Source of the DNA: an uncultured Acidobacteriota bacterium
Lineage (GTDB): Bacteria; Acidobacteriota; Thermoanaerobaculia; Multivoradales; UBA5704
Assembly (NCBI GenBank): GCA_963770895.1
Contig: CAVYRF010000001.1
Span: forward strand, 864,001-928,000
Direction of reading: 5' to 3'
Length of the DNA stretch: 64,000 nucleotides
The position numbers and the translations under genes were made by a program. Below, in pieces: positions 28,382-62,111 of the stretch (its first letter is position 1; every line of letters begins with the position of its first letter). A model generated the notes under the pieces. The model did not search any database. It saw only the letters and a program-made list of their open reading frames with translations, and was not told the origin of the DNA.

Positions 28382-29252
28382 TCCGCATCTCCTCAGGTCC
28401 CGCGGGCCTCATCCCCATCACGGCAACGAACAGATCGGCGATGCTCGGCGTGCGCACCTCGCCGAAGAGGGCGAGCTGCCGGCTGTCGGCCTGGTCGAAC
28501 AGCAAGATGCTGCGGCCGAACAGCGGGCGCTCGTGGATCGGCCGCAGCGCCCGCGCCGCGGCCAGCTGCTCCGGGTGCACCAGCACCTCGCGATAGCGCG
28601 CTTCAAAGGTTTCCATGCTGCACTGGAGGACGATGCGGCCGCGGTCGACGAACACGAAATCGGTGAGGACGTCCTGGATCTCCTCGATCTGGTGGGTGGT
28701 CACGACGATGGTGCGGCGGCGATCGAAGTAGTCGTTGAGCAGTGAGTCGTAAAACTGCTTGCGATACAGGATGTCCAGACCGAGCGTCGGCTCGTCGAGC
28801 ACCAGCAACTTGGCGTCGATGGCCATGACCAGGGCCAGATGCAGCTGGGTCACCATCCCTTTCGACAGCTCCCGGACCCTGCTGCTGCGCCGGATGGTCG
28901 TCTTCGCCAGGAAGCTCTCCGCCTTGGCGCGATCGAATTGCGGATGCACGCCGGCGACGTAGTCGAGCGCCTGCGAAACCCTGATCCAGCGCGGCAGCAC
29001 GGCGACGTCGGCGACGAAGGAGACGTCGCGCATGAGCTGTTCGCGCTCGCGCCAGGGGTCGCGCCCGAGCACCCGGAGGTCTCCCTGATAGGGGATGAGG
29101 CCGAGGATCGCGTGGAGCGCCGTGCTCTTGCCGGCACCGTTGGGACCGACGACGCCAAGGATGCGCCCCTCTTCGACGCACAGATCGACGCTGTCGAGCG
29201 CCACCGTGGTGCCATAGATCTTGCGCAGTCCGCGGGCTTCGATACATGCCAT
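28374..29252 (-). CDS. ABC transporter ATP-binding protein
   Basis: Walker A GPNGAGKST, signature LSKGM, Walker B LVLDEPT. Confidence 0.95.
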   Translation of the reverse strand: MACIEARGLRKIYGTTVALDSVDLCVEEGRILGVVGPNGAGKSTALHAILGLIPYQGDLRVLGRDPWREREQLMRDVSFVADVAVLPRWIRVSQALDYVAGVHPQFDRAKAESFLAKTTIRRSSRVRELSKGMVTQLHLALVMAIDAKLLVLDEPTLGLDILYRKQFYDSLLNDYFDRRRTIVVTTHQIEEIQDVLTDFVFVDRGRIVLQCSMETFEARYREVLVHPEQLAAARALRPIHERPLFGRSILLFDQADSRQLALFGEVRTPSIADLFVAVMGMRPAGPEEMRNG

Positions 29253-29255
29253 GGT

Positions 29256-29651
29256 TCAGCCCTCCTCCTCGTCGGCAGCAGGCGACGACGGCGCCACCGG
29301 TTCAGCCGCGGCCAGCAGCTCCTCCGCCTTCAGACCGAGCCGCTGGATGGTGGCGCGGACCCGCGGCCACTGCTCGGCAAGAAACCTCTGGCGCTCGCCC
29401 TGCAGCAGCAGCTGCCGCGCTCCCTCCTTGACGAACATGCCGCGGCCTCGCCTGGTTTCGACCAGCTGCTCGTCGACCAGTTGCTGGTAGCCCTTAAGGA
29501 CCGTCAGCGGATTGACCCGCGACTCGGCCGCGACATTGCGCACCGAGGGGAGCGGATCGCCCTCCTTGAGCACACCGTCGAGGATCAGCGCGACGACGCG
29601 GTCACGAAGCTGCCGGTAGATCGGCTGACTGTCGTTCCACTCTCCATCCAT
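29256..29651 (-). CDS. GntR-family regulator (YtrA subfamily)
   Basis: QPIYRQL..GDPLPSVR..VNPLTVLKGYQQL..RGRGMFV; short C-terminus; heads an ABC operon. Confidence 0.95.
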   Translation of the reverse strand: MDGEWNDSQPIYRQLRDRVVALILDGVLKEGDPLPSVRNVAAESRVNPLTVLKGYQQLVDEQLVETRRGRGMFVKEGARQLLLQGERQRFLAEQWPRVRATIQRLGLKAEELLAAAEPVAPSSPAADEEEG

Positions 29652-29692
29652 CCCAGGTTCCGGTCGGCCCTCTCCAAGGCAGCGTCGCCTGA

Positions 29693-29733
29693 AGAGTACT
29701 GTGAGCTAGTGATATAGTCAACCATAACACTAG
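29693..29733 (-). promoter_or_regulatory. Sigma70 promoter overlapped by a palindromic YtrA-type operator
   Basis: Minus strand TTGACT-17 nt-TACTCT; inverted repeat CTAGTGATAT-N8-ATAACACTAG (9/10 match) at 29706-29733. Confidence 0.75.
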
Positions 29734-29873
29734 ATCGGATGCAAGGCTCTCGACTCCCGCCGCGGGCCGTCCGGGTAGACCACCACAAAGTCACGGTAAG
29801 GCTGGCGCGCGACACTAGCGGTAGGTCTACCCGGCGCTGCCCGGGGGCGTGCTGCCTGTCGGCGGGAGGTGCG

Positions 29874-54665
<24,792 letters not shown>

Positions 54666-54746
54666 CGGCGAGGGCATAGAATGGGCGGAAGTTTTGCTCC
54701 GACCCTGCTCGCGAGGGGCCGCATTTGGCAAGGAAAGGATTTGACC

Positions 54747-55364
54747 ATGCGTCGGATCTATCTCGCGTGGGCAGGCTGCGTCGGGCTCATGGTTTCACTG
54801 GCAGGCTGTGCCAGCGCCGGCCCTCCAGACCTACCAGCCGCCGCCGCAACCGGAGCGGCGGCGCAGCCGCTCATCACCTACTGCGATCTCATCGCCTCAC
54901 CGCGCAAGTACCTCGGCAAGGAAGTGCGCGTTGTGGGCATCTATCGGGTTGGCTTCGAGTGGCAACAGATGTACTCGACCCGCTGCCTGGATGGCTACAC
55001 CACGTGGGTCGAATGGCACGGCGGCACCTGCGCCGATCTCCTTCCGCCGGAGAAGCCGGCAACCGGACCCTCCAAGGCGGCTTCCAAGCAAACAGACGGC
55101 GACTTGCCCGCTCTTTCGGAGAGCACCATGGGCATGATCGCCCGCGGCATCCTCACCGGCGGCGACGGTTTCGGGTACGGACACCTCAACAGCTATACCT
55201 TTCAGTTCGACCTGAGCTGCGTCGAACACCTCGAGGTGCTCGACGATCGCTCCTACCATCCCTCCTCTCTCACGGGAGGAATGAAGCGCAAATATGAAAA
55301 ATTCCTGGCAAGAACAGACCCGGCCAAGGTAAAGCCACCCCAGGCCAATCCGCCGCCGCCCTGA
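54747..55364 (+). CDS. Hypothetical lipoprotein
   Basis: AAGGA RBS; lipobox LAGC; YCDLIASPRKYLGKEVRVVG suggests an OB-fold-like start. Confidence 0.8.
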   Translation: MRRIYLAWAGCVGLMVSLAGCASAGPPDLPAAAATGAAAQPLITYCDLIASPRKYLGKEVRVVGIYRVGFEWQQMYSTRCLDGYTTWVEWHGGTCADLLPPEKPATGPSKAASKQTDGDLPALSESTMGMIARGILTGGDGFGYGHLNSYTFQFDLSCVEHLEVLDDRSYHPSSLTGGMKRKYEKFLARTDPAKVKPPQANPPPP

Positions 55365-55469
55365 ACATGGAGCAGCCATGAGACAGGACGCCGCGGGCCG
55401 CCAACCTCAACGATGCGGAACTGCTGAAGTGATCCGTGCGGCCATCCGACGCGGCGCGCGGCGGGGCGG

Positions 55470-57038
55470 TCAACGGGTGTCGAAGTGCAGCGGCGCCGGA
55501 TGCTGCGCGCAGGCGGTGTTCAGGCCCTGGGCAGTGCCGCGGGCGATGAAGTCGGCGATGAGCCGCTGGGTGCAGGTGGAGTCGGAGGCGTGGGCGCCGC
55601 TTGGAATGATGACCAGCTGGCCGCGGGTGAAGTTCGCGGCCACGGCGGCGGCGTCGGTCGGCGGCGTGACCGGGTCGCGCTCGCCGGCGATCAGCAGGGC
55701 GGGCACGGTGGAGGAGGGCAGGGTGGCCGGCCCCGCGGGTTTGGGGGCGTGCGGCCAGACGGCGCAGACGGCCAGCTGTTCGCGGACGCGATCGTCGCCG
55801 TAGAAGGTGCCGGCGGTCAGCTGCGGGATGGTGGCGGGATCGATGCGCGACAGGTCTTCGGCGCAGGTGACCGAGAACAGGAGGCCCAGCGCCAACTCCT
55901 GCTGCAGCGCCATGCGCACCTCGACCGCCGCCAGCGCCAGATGGCGCAGGTCGCCACCGGCGGCCCGGTGCACCCATAGCGGCAGGTGCGCCGCTTCCGA
56001 CGAGTAGAGCGAAAAGCGCATGGCATCGGCGGCGGCCGAACGGGTGAGGGTCACGGTCACCGGCTTGGGCCGGTCGGGAATGGCGATGGTGACGTGCGCC
56101 GGTTGCTGCGCCAGGCGAGCCAGAACCTGTGCCGCCTCGTCGGCGAAGTGCGGAAAGGCGGCGTGGCAGGCGCCGTCGTGCGCGCAGTCGCGGGCCAGCA
56201 GCTCCAGGCCCTGTTGCGCGTTGCGCGCGTGGTAGAGCGGCGACGGGTCGGCATAGCGGGCGACGCTTTCGAGCACCACGCTGCGCACGCTCTCCGGGTG
56301 GCGCGCGATGAAGACCTGCGACGCCAGGGTGCCGTAGGAGGTGCCGATCAGGTTCACCTGACCGTAGCCGAGGTAGCGGCGGACGTCTTCCAGGTCGTCC
56401 ATCGCCGCGGCCGTGGTGTAGAGGGCAAGGTCCGCATGCTGGCGCAGCTGGTCGCGGCAGGTCTCCACCGCGTCGAGCGGAAAGATGTGGTCGAGGCGGG
56501 TGCCGTCTCCCCATATCTTGCATGTCAGCGGATTGGAGCCGCCGGTGCCGCGGGTGTCGACCAGGACGATGTCGCGCCGCCGCCGTAGCGGGTCGCGCGC
56601 CGGGTCCGGCGCCGAGTCGACCGCGCCCTCGCCGGGGCCGCCGTTGATGATGAAGACCGGGTCCGGCTCGGGCCGGGCGGCCAGCGCCGGCAGCACGGCG
56701 ATACGCAGCGCGATCTTGCGCCCCGCTTGCGCGTCGCGGTTTTCGTAGACCTCGAACGAGCCGCAGAAGGCGCCCCCCTTGACGTCCGGCAGGGTGCAGG
56801 GCTGCAGCTTGCCCTGCCAGGGCGCGTGGGCGCGCGCGGGTGCCGCGGCCGGCGTGGCCGCCGCGGTCGCGGCGGTGGACACAACCGCGGCGCCGATGGT
56901 AAGGGCCGCCGCGGTCGCCAGGGTCATCGCGCCCGCCCGGCGCCCGCGCCGACCGCGCACGCTTGCACCGGTACCGGCACGCCTGGTCCCGATGGCGTCG
57001 GCGGCGTCGGCGGCGAGGATCGGCGTGTGGGCTCGCAT
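55470..57038 (-). CDS. Secreted alpha/beta hydrolase, TAP-like (peptidase S33-type)
   Basis: NGGPG, DTRGTGGS, GTSYG nucleophile, GERDPVTP, GAH. The start may be at 56927. Confidence 0.9.
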   Translation of the reverse strand: MRAHTPILAADAADAIGTRRAGTGASVRGRRGRRAGAMTLATAAALTIGAAVVSTAATAAATPAAAPARAHAPWQGKLQPCTLPDVKGGAFCGSFEVYENRDAQAGRKIALRIAVLPALAARPEPDPVFIINGGPGEGAVDSAPDPARDPLRRRRDIVLVDTRGTGGSNPLTCKIWGDGTRLDHIFPLDAVETCRDQLRQHADLALYTTAAAMDDLEDVRRYLGYGQVNLIGTSYGTLASQVFIARHPESVRSVVLESVARYADPSPLYHARNAQQGLELLARDCAHDGACHAAFPHFADEAAQVLARLAQQPAHVTIAIPDRPKPVTVTLTRSAAADAMRFSLYSSEAAHLPLWVHRAAGGDLRHLALAAVEVRMALQQELALGLLFSVTCAEDLSRIDPATIPQLTAGTFYGDDRVREQLAVCAVWPHAPKPAGPATLPSSTVPALLIAGERDPVTPPTDAAAVAANFTRGQLVIIPSGAHASDSTCTQRLIADFIARGTAQGLNTACAQHPAPLHFDTR

Positions 57039-57117
57039 GATCGTGCTCAGCTCATCGTACGTACCATCTGCGCGAAGGTTTCTTCGGCCCCGAGCCGGGT
57101 GTTTCAGCCCGGCGCCG

Positions 57118-58098
57118 TCAGCTTGCTGCCGGGCTGAGCTTGAGGAGGGGCCGGGTGAGCTCGGTGCGCCAGGCCGCCGGATCGGGGTCGCTGTGCGGGT
57201 CGATCGTGTAAACCTCCCAGAGGTCGGGCGCCGGCGCGTGCGCCGCCGCCGCGACCCAGGCGTCGAAAGCGCCCCAGGCTGCGCCCAGCCCTTCGTAGGA
57301 GCCGCAATAGACCGTCCGCGCGGCGAGCCCGGCCGGCCACTCGCCCGGCTGGACGCGCCCGGTGGGGGCGATGGGGGCGGCGACCGGGACGCCGATCTGG
57401 AAGTCGAAGATGCCGGGTTCCATGCGCAGGTGGTGGGAGAACCAGGGGCCGGTGGCGGCGACGCCCTGTGCGGCGATCGCCTGGCGCAACTCGCTCAGGC
57501 CCGGCCCCATCACCGTCTGGATCTCGCTGCGCGGTATGGTGAGGTGGAGGACGGCGATGGTCCGCGGCGTCATTTGCACGATCTGCGGCTCGGTGAGGCC
57601 GGCTGCGTCGACACCGGCCTGGGACGCCAGCAGCTCGGCCAGCAGGTTGTAGCTGGCCGCCACGCCCTGCTCCATGCCGGTGCGCAGGGCGGCGTCGCGC
57701 GCCTCGCCCGACTCGTACAGGACGGTGAGGGTAAGCGTGGTGACGCCGTCGCGCTCGGCCAGCTCCAGGGTGCGCAGCGCCTGCCCCGGATACCACGCCT
57801 GGTCGAACCGCTCCGTCGACACGATGCGCTCGGGGGGGACGATCTGACGAAATTCACCGCTGACGCCCATCTCGGTGCCCTCGGCGTTGCGCCAGACCAT
57901 GCGGTAGCTGCCGCCGACCCGCGCGTCCACCTGGCACACCGGCATCGTCCATCCCGGCGGCCCGAGCAGCCAGCGCTGCAGCAGATCGGGTCGGGTCTGG
58001 GCGGCAAACACGTGCACGCGCGGCGCGTCGAAGGCGCGCGTGATGACGATCTCGCGCTCGCCGTGCGCTGTCAGGGTCAGCTCTCGAGGGGTCTTCAT
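57118..58098 (-). CDS. SRPBCC (AHSA1-like) + GyrI-like fusion protein
   Basis: EIVITRAFDAPR..VDARVGGSYR..PPERIVSTE, then a GyrI-like half AARTVYCGSYEGLGAAW..WEVY..WRTEL; AGGAGAG RBS. Confidence 0.88.
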   Translation of the reverse strand: MKTPRELTLTAHGEREIVITRAFDAPRVHVFAAQTRPDLLQRWLLGPPGWTMPVCQVDARVGGSYRMVWRNAEGTEMGVSGEFRQIVPPERIVSTERFDQAWYPGQALRTLELAERDGVTTLTLTVLYESGEARDAALRTGMEQGVAASYNLLAELLASQAGVDAAGLTEPQIVQMTPRTIAVLHLTIPRSEIQTVMGPGLSELRQAIAAQGVAATGPWFSHHLRMEPGIFDFQIGVPVAAPIAPTGRVQPGEWPAGLAARTVYCGSYEGLGAAWGAFDAWVAAAAHAPAPDLWEVYTIDPHSDPDPAAWRTELTRPLLKLSPAAS

Positions 58099-58595
58099 CG
58101 GTGGTCTCTCCTGGAGCGCCGGGTGCGCTCCCCTGGGTGGATTGAGGTCGGGACCGGCCCTGAGCCGGGGGCCGCGCTTGCGGCCGGGCTCGGCGCCGGA
58201 CTTGCGGATGGGCCGGGGTTTGAGCTGGCAGGCGGAGCTTCGCGCTGGATCTCTTCGAGCAGCGCATCGAGGCGCTGGAAGCTGGCGTCCCAGAACTGCC
58301 GGTAGCGCTCCAGCCACTCGCTCGCGGCGGCCAGCGGCTGCGCTTCGAGCCGCCGCGGCCGGCGCTGCGCGTCGCGCCCGCGCGAGATCAGGCCGGCGCG
58401 CTCCAGCACCTTGAGGTGCTTGGAGATCGCCGGCTGAGTCAGGTCGAACGGCGCCGCCAGCTCGGTCACCGACGCCGCGCCCGCGGCGAGGCGCGCCAGG
58501 ATCGCCCGCCGCGTGGGATCGGCCAGCGCGGCGAACGTGGCATCCAGGTGCCGGTCGAGTGGCGGGGGTGACGTTCCATAACCATACAGTTCCAT
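58095..58595 (-). CDS. ArsR/SmtB-family regulator
   Basis: FAALADPTRRAIL..TQPAISKHLKVLERAGLI; ATGA overlap with the SRPBCC gene. Confidence 0.92.
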   Translation of the reverse strand: MELYGYGTSPPPLDRHLDATFAALADPTRRAILARLAAGAASVTELAAPFDLTQPAISKHLKVLERAGLISRGRDAQRRPRRLEAQPLAAASEWLERYRQFWDASFQRLDALLEEIQREAPPASSNPGPSASPAPSPAASAAPGSGPVPTSIHPGERTRRSRRDHR

Positions 58596-58630
58596 AACCG
58601 TATGGTGATATAGAGGCGACGCCTTGTCAA
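58573..58630 (-). promoter_or_regulatory. ArsR promoter/operator with tandem 16-bp-period repeats
   Basis: TTGACA on the minus strand at 58625-58630; GTTCCATAACC(A/G)TA occurs twice (58573 and 58589) across the start codon. Confidence 0.55.
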
Positions 58631-58658
58631 GGCGCCGCCGGCAAACGCGGCGAACGCC

Positions 58659-60743
58659 TCAACTTGCGGGCTGCGGTGCCAGTGCGAACAGACCGCCGCC
58701 GCCCTCGACACCGGCGTAGACCGTGCCGGTCGTCGCGTCGACGGCCAGGGTCAGCGCCGCGGCCGCGGGAAGGCCGGTGCCAAGCGGCGCCCAGGTGGCG
58801 CCGCGGTCGTACGCAGCGAACACGCCCTGCGCCGTGGCGGCATACAGGGGCGGCGCCTGACCGCCGCTGCCGGGCACCGGGCCGGCGACGATGCGGTTGA
58901 CGCCGGCGGGGAGGCCGGTACCCAGCGGCGACTGCCAGGTCTGGCCGCCGTCGGCGCTCGCGGTGGTGGTGCCGTCCTGGAGCACGCCGTACAGGCGCGA
59001 GGGCTGCTGCGGATCGATGGCGAGATCCAGGAAGCTGGCGGCGCTGTCCAGCAGGCTCCAGGTCTGATTGCCGTCGGTCGACTTCATCAGAGAGCCCGCC
59101 TCGCCGACATAGATCGTCCGCGCGTCGCCCGGATCGAGGCGCACGAACCAGCCGGCGGGGCCGGGGTAGCCGAAGGGGAACACGAACGTCGGCAGGTTGA
59201 AGTTGTAAACCCAGGTGACGCCGCCGTCGGTGCTGGTGGCAACGTACGGGGAGCAGCTGTAGGGGCACGGCCGGATGTCCGGCTCGATTGCGTAACCGGC
59301 CGCGTACAGCGTCAGCGGCGCCGACGGCACCTGTGCGACGTCCAGGGCATAGCCCTGCAGCGTCGCCAGCGTCGGCCACGTGGCCCCCGCATCCGCGGTG
59401 TGCAGCAGCGGTGTCGCCGCAAAGAAGAAACCGTCGATCACGGGACCCTGCTGCCCGGCCAGTGCATAGGCGGCGCCGGCGGCGGCGGCGTCGGCCAGGA
59501 GGCGCACCACACCCTGCTGCGGCAGGCCGCCGGCGGCGCGCCAGCTGGCGCCGGCGTCGGCGCTCACCCGCAGTGTCGTGGCCGGCAGGTCGACCGGGAG
59601 GCCCCCAGCTTGCAACGCCGCCTGCGGGGCGAGCAGCGCGTCAGCGTAGATCGCGCCGGCGCCATGGGCATCGACCGCCAGCGCCGTGGTCGCGGTGGCA
59701 GCGATGGCGCCGAGCTGCGGCGGCGCGGCGCCCGCCGCGAAGGTGCCGTGCCACACACCACCGTCCGGCGTGGACGCGACATAGGCGCGCTGTGGGCGGA
59801 GCGGGTCGCCGGTGACGGCGGTCAACAGCGAGCCGGCGAAAGTGAAGGTCCATGTCGCGCCGCCGTCGGCGCTCTTCCACAGCCGTCCGCGCGCCTTGTC
59901 GGTCGCCGCCCAGACGGTGCCGGGAGCCCCCGCGGCGAAACCGACTGCGGTGTAGGTGCCGCGAGGCAAACCGGCCACCGGCGCCCAGGTGCCGCCGCCG
60001 TTGCGGCTGACGAACACCGCGGCGTCGGTGGCGGCGTAGACGGTGCCCGGATGCGTGGGATCGGCGGCCAGGTTCAGCAGGTGCGTCACGCCGGGGAGCG
60101 TGCCCCGGCGCCACTGCCTGCCGCCGGTGCGGCTGACCAGGATCAGCCCTCCAAGGTCGCTGCCGCCGGTGCCGTAATAGACGTGCAGCGGTGAGCCGGC
60201 ATCCACCGCCAGGGCGGCCGGAGCCGGTAAGCTGTAGGGGAGCACCTCCACCACGGTCCACGAATCGCCGCCGTCGTCGCTGCGATACACGCTGGCGCTG
60301 TCGGCCGCGTACAGCGTCGCCGGCGCTCCCGGCGCCAGCGCCAGCGCCGTCGGCACGTCGGGGAAGCCGGTCGCACGCCAGGTCGCCGCGCCGTCGTCCG
60401 AGCGGAACAGGCCGCGTTCGCTGCCGGCATAGAGCGTCGTGTCCCCCGGCGCCACCGCCAGCAGCGCGACGTCGAGCCCCAGCAGCCCGTCGTTGGCCGC
60501 CTGCCAGCTGGCGCCGCGGTCGACGGTGCGGAACACGCCGCCATACGCGGTGCCGGCGTAGACGGTCGGCGAGCCGCTGGCCGCCGCCAGCACCTGCACG
60601 CGGCTGCCGCCGGGCGAGAGCGGCGTCCACACCCCCGCAGCGCCGGCGGCGCTCACGCCCTGGAATGAACCTGCAAGGATCGCCGCGCCAATCAGCAGCG
60701 GAAGCGAACCGCGTCGTACGTGAAGTCCGATCGTTCTGGCCAT
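58659..60743 (-). CDS. Secreted BNR/Asp-box repeat beta-propeller protein
   Basis: About ten (S/T)xDGGx(T/S)W repeats; N-terminal signal. Confidence 0.88.
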   Translation of the reverse strand: MARTIGLHVRRGSLPLLIGAAILAGSFQGVSAAGAAGVWTPLSPGGSRVQVLAAASGSPTVYAGTAYGGVFRTVDRGASWQAANDGLLGLDVALLAVAPGDTTLYAGSERGLFRSDDGAATWRATGFPDVPTALALAPGAPATLYAADSASVYRSDDGGDSWTVVEVLPYSLPAPAALAVDAGSPLHVYYGTGGSDLGGLILVSRTGGRQWRRGTLPGVTHLLNLAADPTHPGTVYAATDAAVFVSRNGGGTWAPVAGLPRGTYTAVGFAAGAPGTVWAATDKARGRLWKSADGGATWTFTFAGSLLTAVTGDPLRPQRAYVASTPDGGVWHGTFAAGAAPPQLGAIAATATTALAVDAHGAGAIYADALLAPQAALQAGGLPVDLPATTLRVSADAGASWRAAGGLPQQGVVRLLADAAAAGAAYALAGQQGPVIDGFFFAATPLLHTADAGATWPTLATLQGYALDVAQVPSAPLTLYAAGYAIEPDIRPCPYSCSPYVATSTDGGVTWVYNFNLPTFVFPFGYPGPAGWFVRLDPGDARTIYVGEAGSLMKSTDGNQTWSLLDSAASFLDLAIDPQQPSRLYGVLQDGTTTASADGGQTWQSPLGTGLPAGVNRIVAGPVPGSGGQAPPLYAATAQGVFAAYDRGATWAPLGTGLPAAAALTLAVDATTGTVYAGVEGGGGLFALAPQPAS

Positions 60744-61344
60744 GATGCCCCCATGAGCGACCCCGCCGTCATCCGGCAATGTCGCCGAAGCTCAAGTGCT
60801 GCCCTTTGTCCAGGTCTACGCACCGCCGCCGGCCGGTGTCCAAAGCGGCCAGGCCGGGTTGGCGTGAGCCCTCAGCACGCCAGGTAGACCCAAGCGCGGC
60901 GGAATCTCCAGCCAGGGCCGTCCGCAAAGCCAGCTCCCAAGCCAGCTCCGTGACATGCAATCAAGGTTGTGTCTGCAATCACTGCACACTTCGAATCCGA
61001 TCTCAGCGGGGGCACTGGCACTCGGTTCGATAGGGCTGTCCCTCTGGTGTAGCGGCAAGCTGAGCTAGCTGCCAGAGCTTGAAGATGGGAGCCTTTTGCG
61101 CAACCTTGTAGCTGGCGGCACTCATGGTTGCAGCCGGCAGTGCCTCTTCGAGCTGCTGCCACCGACATCCCGGGTCCGCTTGATCTGCGAGCCAGGACAC
61201 CGGAGGTCTCACGCTCGGGGATGAACCTGCGTGAGCCTCCCGTGTTGGCGGGCGCCAGGCGAGGCGCGCGAGCTGGTCCAGCACCGCCGGCGACGCCGCG
61301 AACGCCGCCTACCGGCGGTCTGCTGTTAAGCGCGGATCATTCTG

Positions 61345-61509
61345 TTATTCGCAGATCACTTTGCAGCTGCCGCAGATCGTCACCGTACAGTGCACCGAAC
61401 ATGGATCGCCAGTGATGAGCGCGCCGCCGGCGCGACCCAGATCGGTCCTCTCAAGACCTGCCAGCGTCTCCCGATGGAGCGTCAGTCGCGTGGTCGAGGA
61501 CTTTTTCAT
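61345..61509 (-). CDS. Putative RiPP (lanthipeptide-like) precursor peptide, 54 aa
   Basis: GGAGAGGAG RBS; leader MKKSSTTRLTLHRETLAGL..AGG; core ALITGDPCSVHCTVTICGSCKVICE (5 Cys, 5 Ser/Thr); hairpin downstream. Confidence 0.75.
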   Translation of the reverse strand: MKKSSTTRLTLHRETLAGLERTDLGRAGGALITGDPCSVHCTVTICGSCKVICE

Positions 61510-61647
61510 CGCTCTCCTCTCCTTTTCGAAGGTGCTGCATCCAGATCCTATCTCAGCTCGCCGACGCCGCAACGTTTCGTGCTCACGCGCAAAGCCCTTC
61601 TGTCAGAGGTCCTGAAGCCAGAAGTTTTGGCCTGGACACGTCGCTAT

Positions 61648-61920
61648 TCAAGCGCGGATGGAGACGGCTTGCGCGATGGTCGTGATCGGGCCGCTGGCGA
61701 TCTGGGCCGTGTCCAGGATATCGATCTCTCCGAAGTTGGCGGTGTGGGGCAGCGCGCCGGCGAGGGTCTGGCAGGGCAGCGCGCGGGTGCACGGATTGGT
61801 GTCGCTGCCCAGCCCTGACAGATAGGTGCGGGACGAAACCTGGGCCCAGGCCTGCTGGGTGCAAAGGGCGAGGCAGGAGAGACCGATCAATAGGGCGCGT
61901 TTCATGGACAGAGTGCTCAT
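61648..61920 (-). pseudogene. Truncated N-terminus of a secreted right-handed beta-helix protein
   Basis: AGGAGG RBS and signal peptide. RTYLSGLGSDTNPCTRALPCQTLAGAL..GEIDILD matches a family N-cap motif (from recall). It stops after 90 aa with no evident continuation. Confidence 0.68.
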
Positions 61921-62111
61921 CGCGGACCTCCTGGCGCAAGAGGCGCCGAAGGTAGGGCAGAGGTGAATTCCTCGAATAGACCCACGGGCAAGGCTGGGAT
62001 TCCCAATCGGACTGTGAGATCATCATCGGACAACAATCTGCTGAGTCATGTTGCTGGATAGTGAAGCGGGGCCGTTTGCAAAACAGCAACGACTGAACAC
62101 CGGAGGCGTCC

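Noticed and set aside
29739-29873. Earlier NRPS start at 29739
   Set aside because: No RBS and a non-homologous extension; GGAGGT precedes the ATG at 29874.
60769-61284. Several short ORFs in the lower-GC gap
   Set aside because: No clear RBS, no motifs and atypical codon usage; none can be supported.
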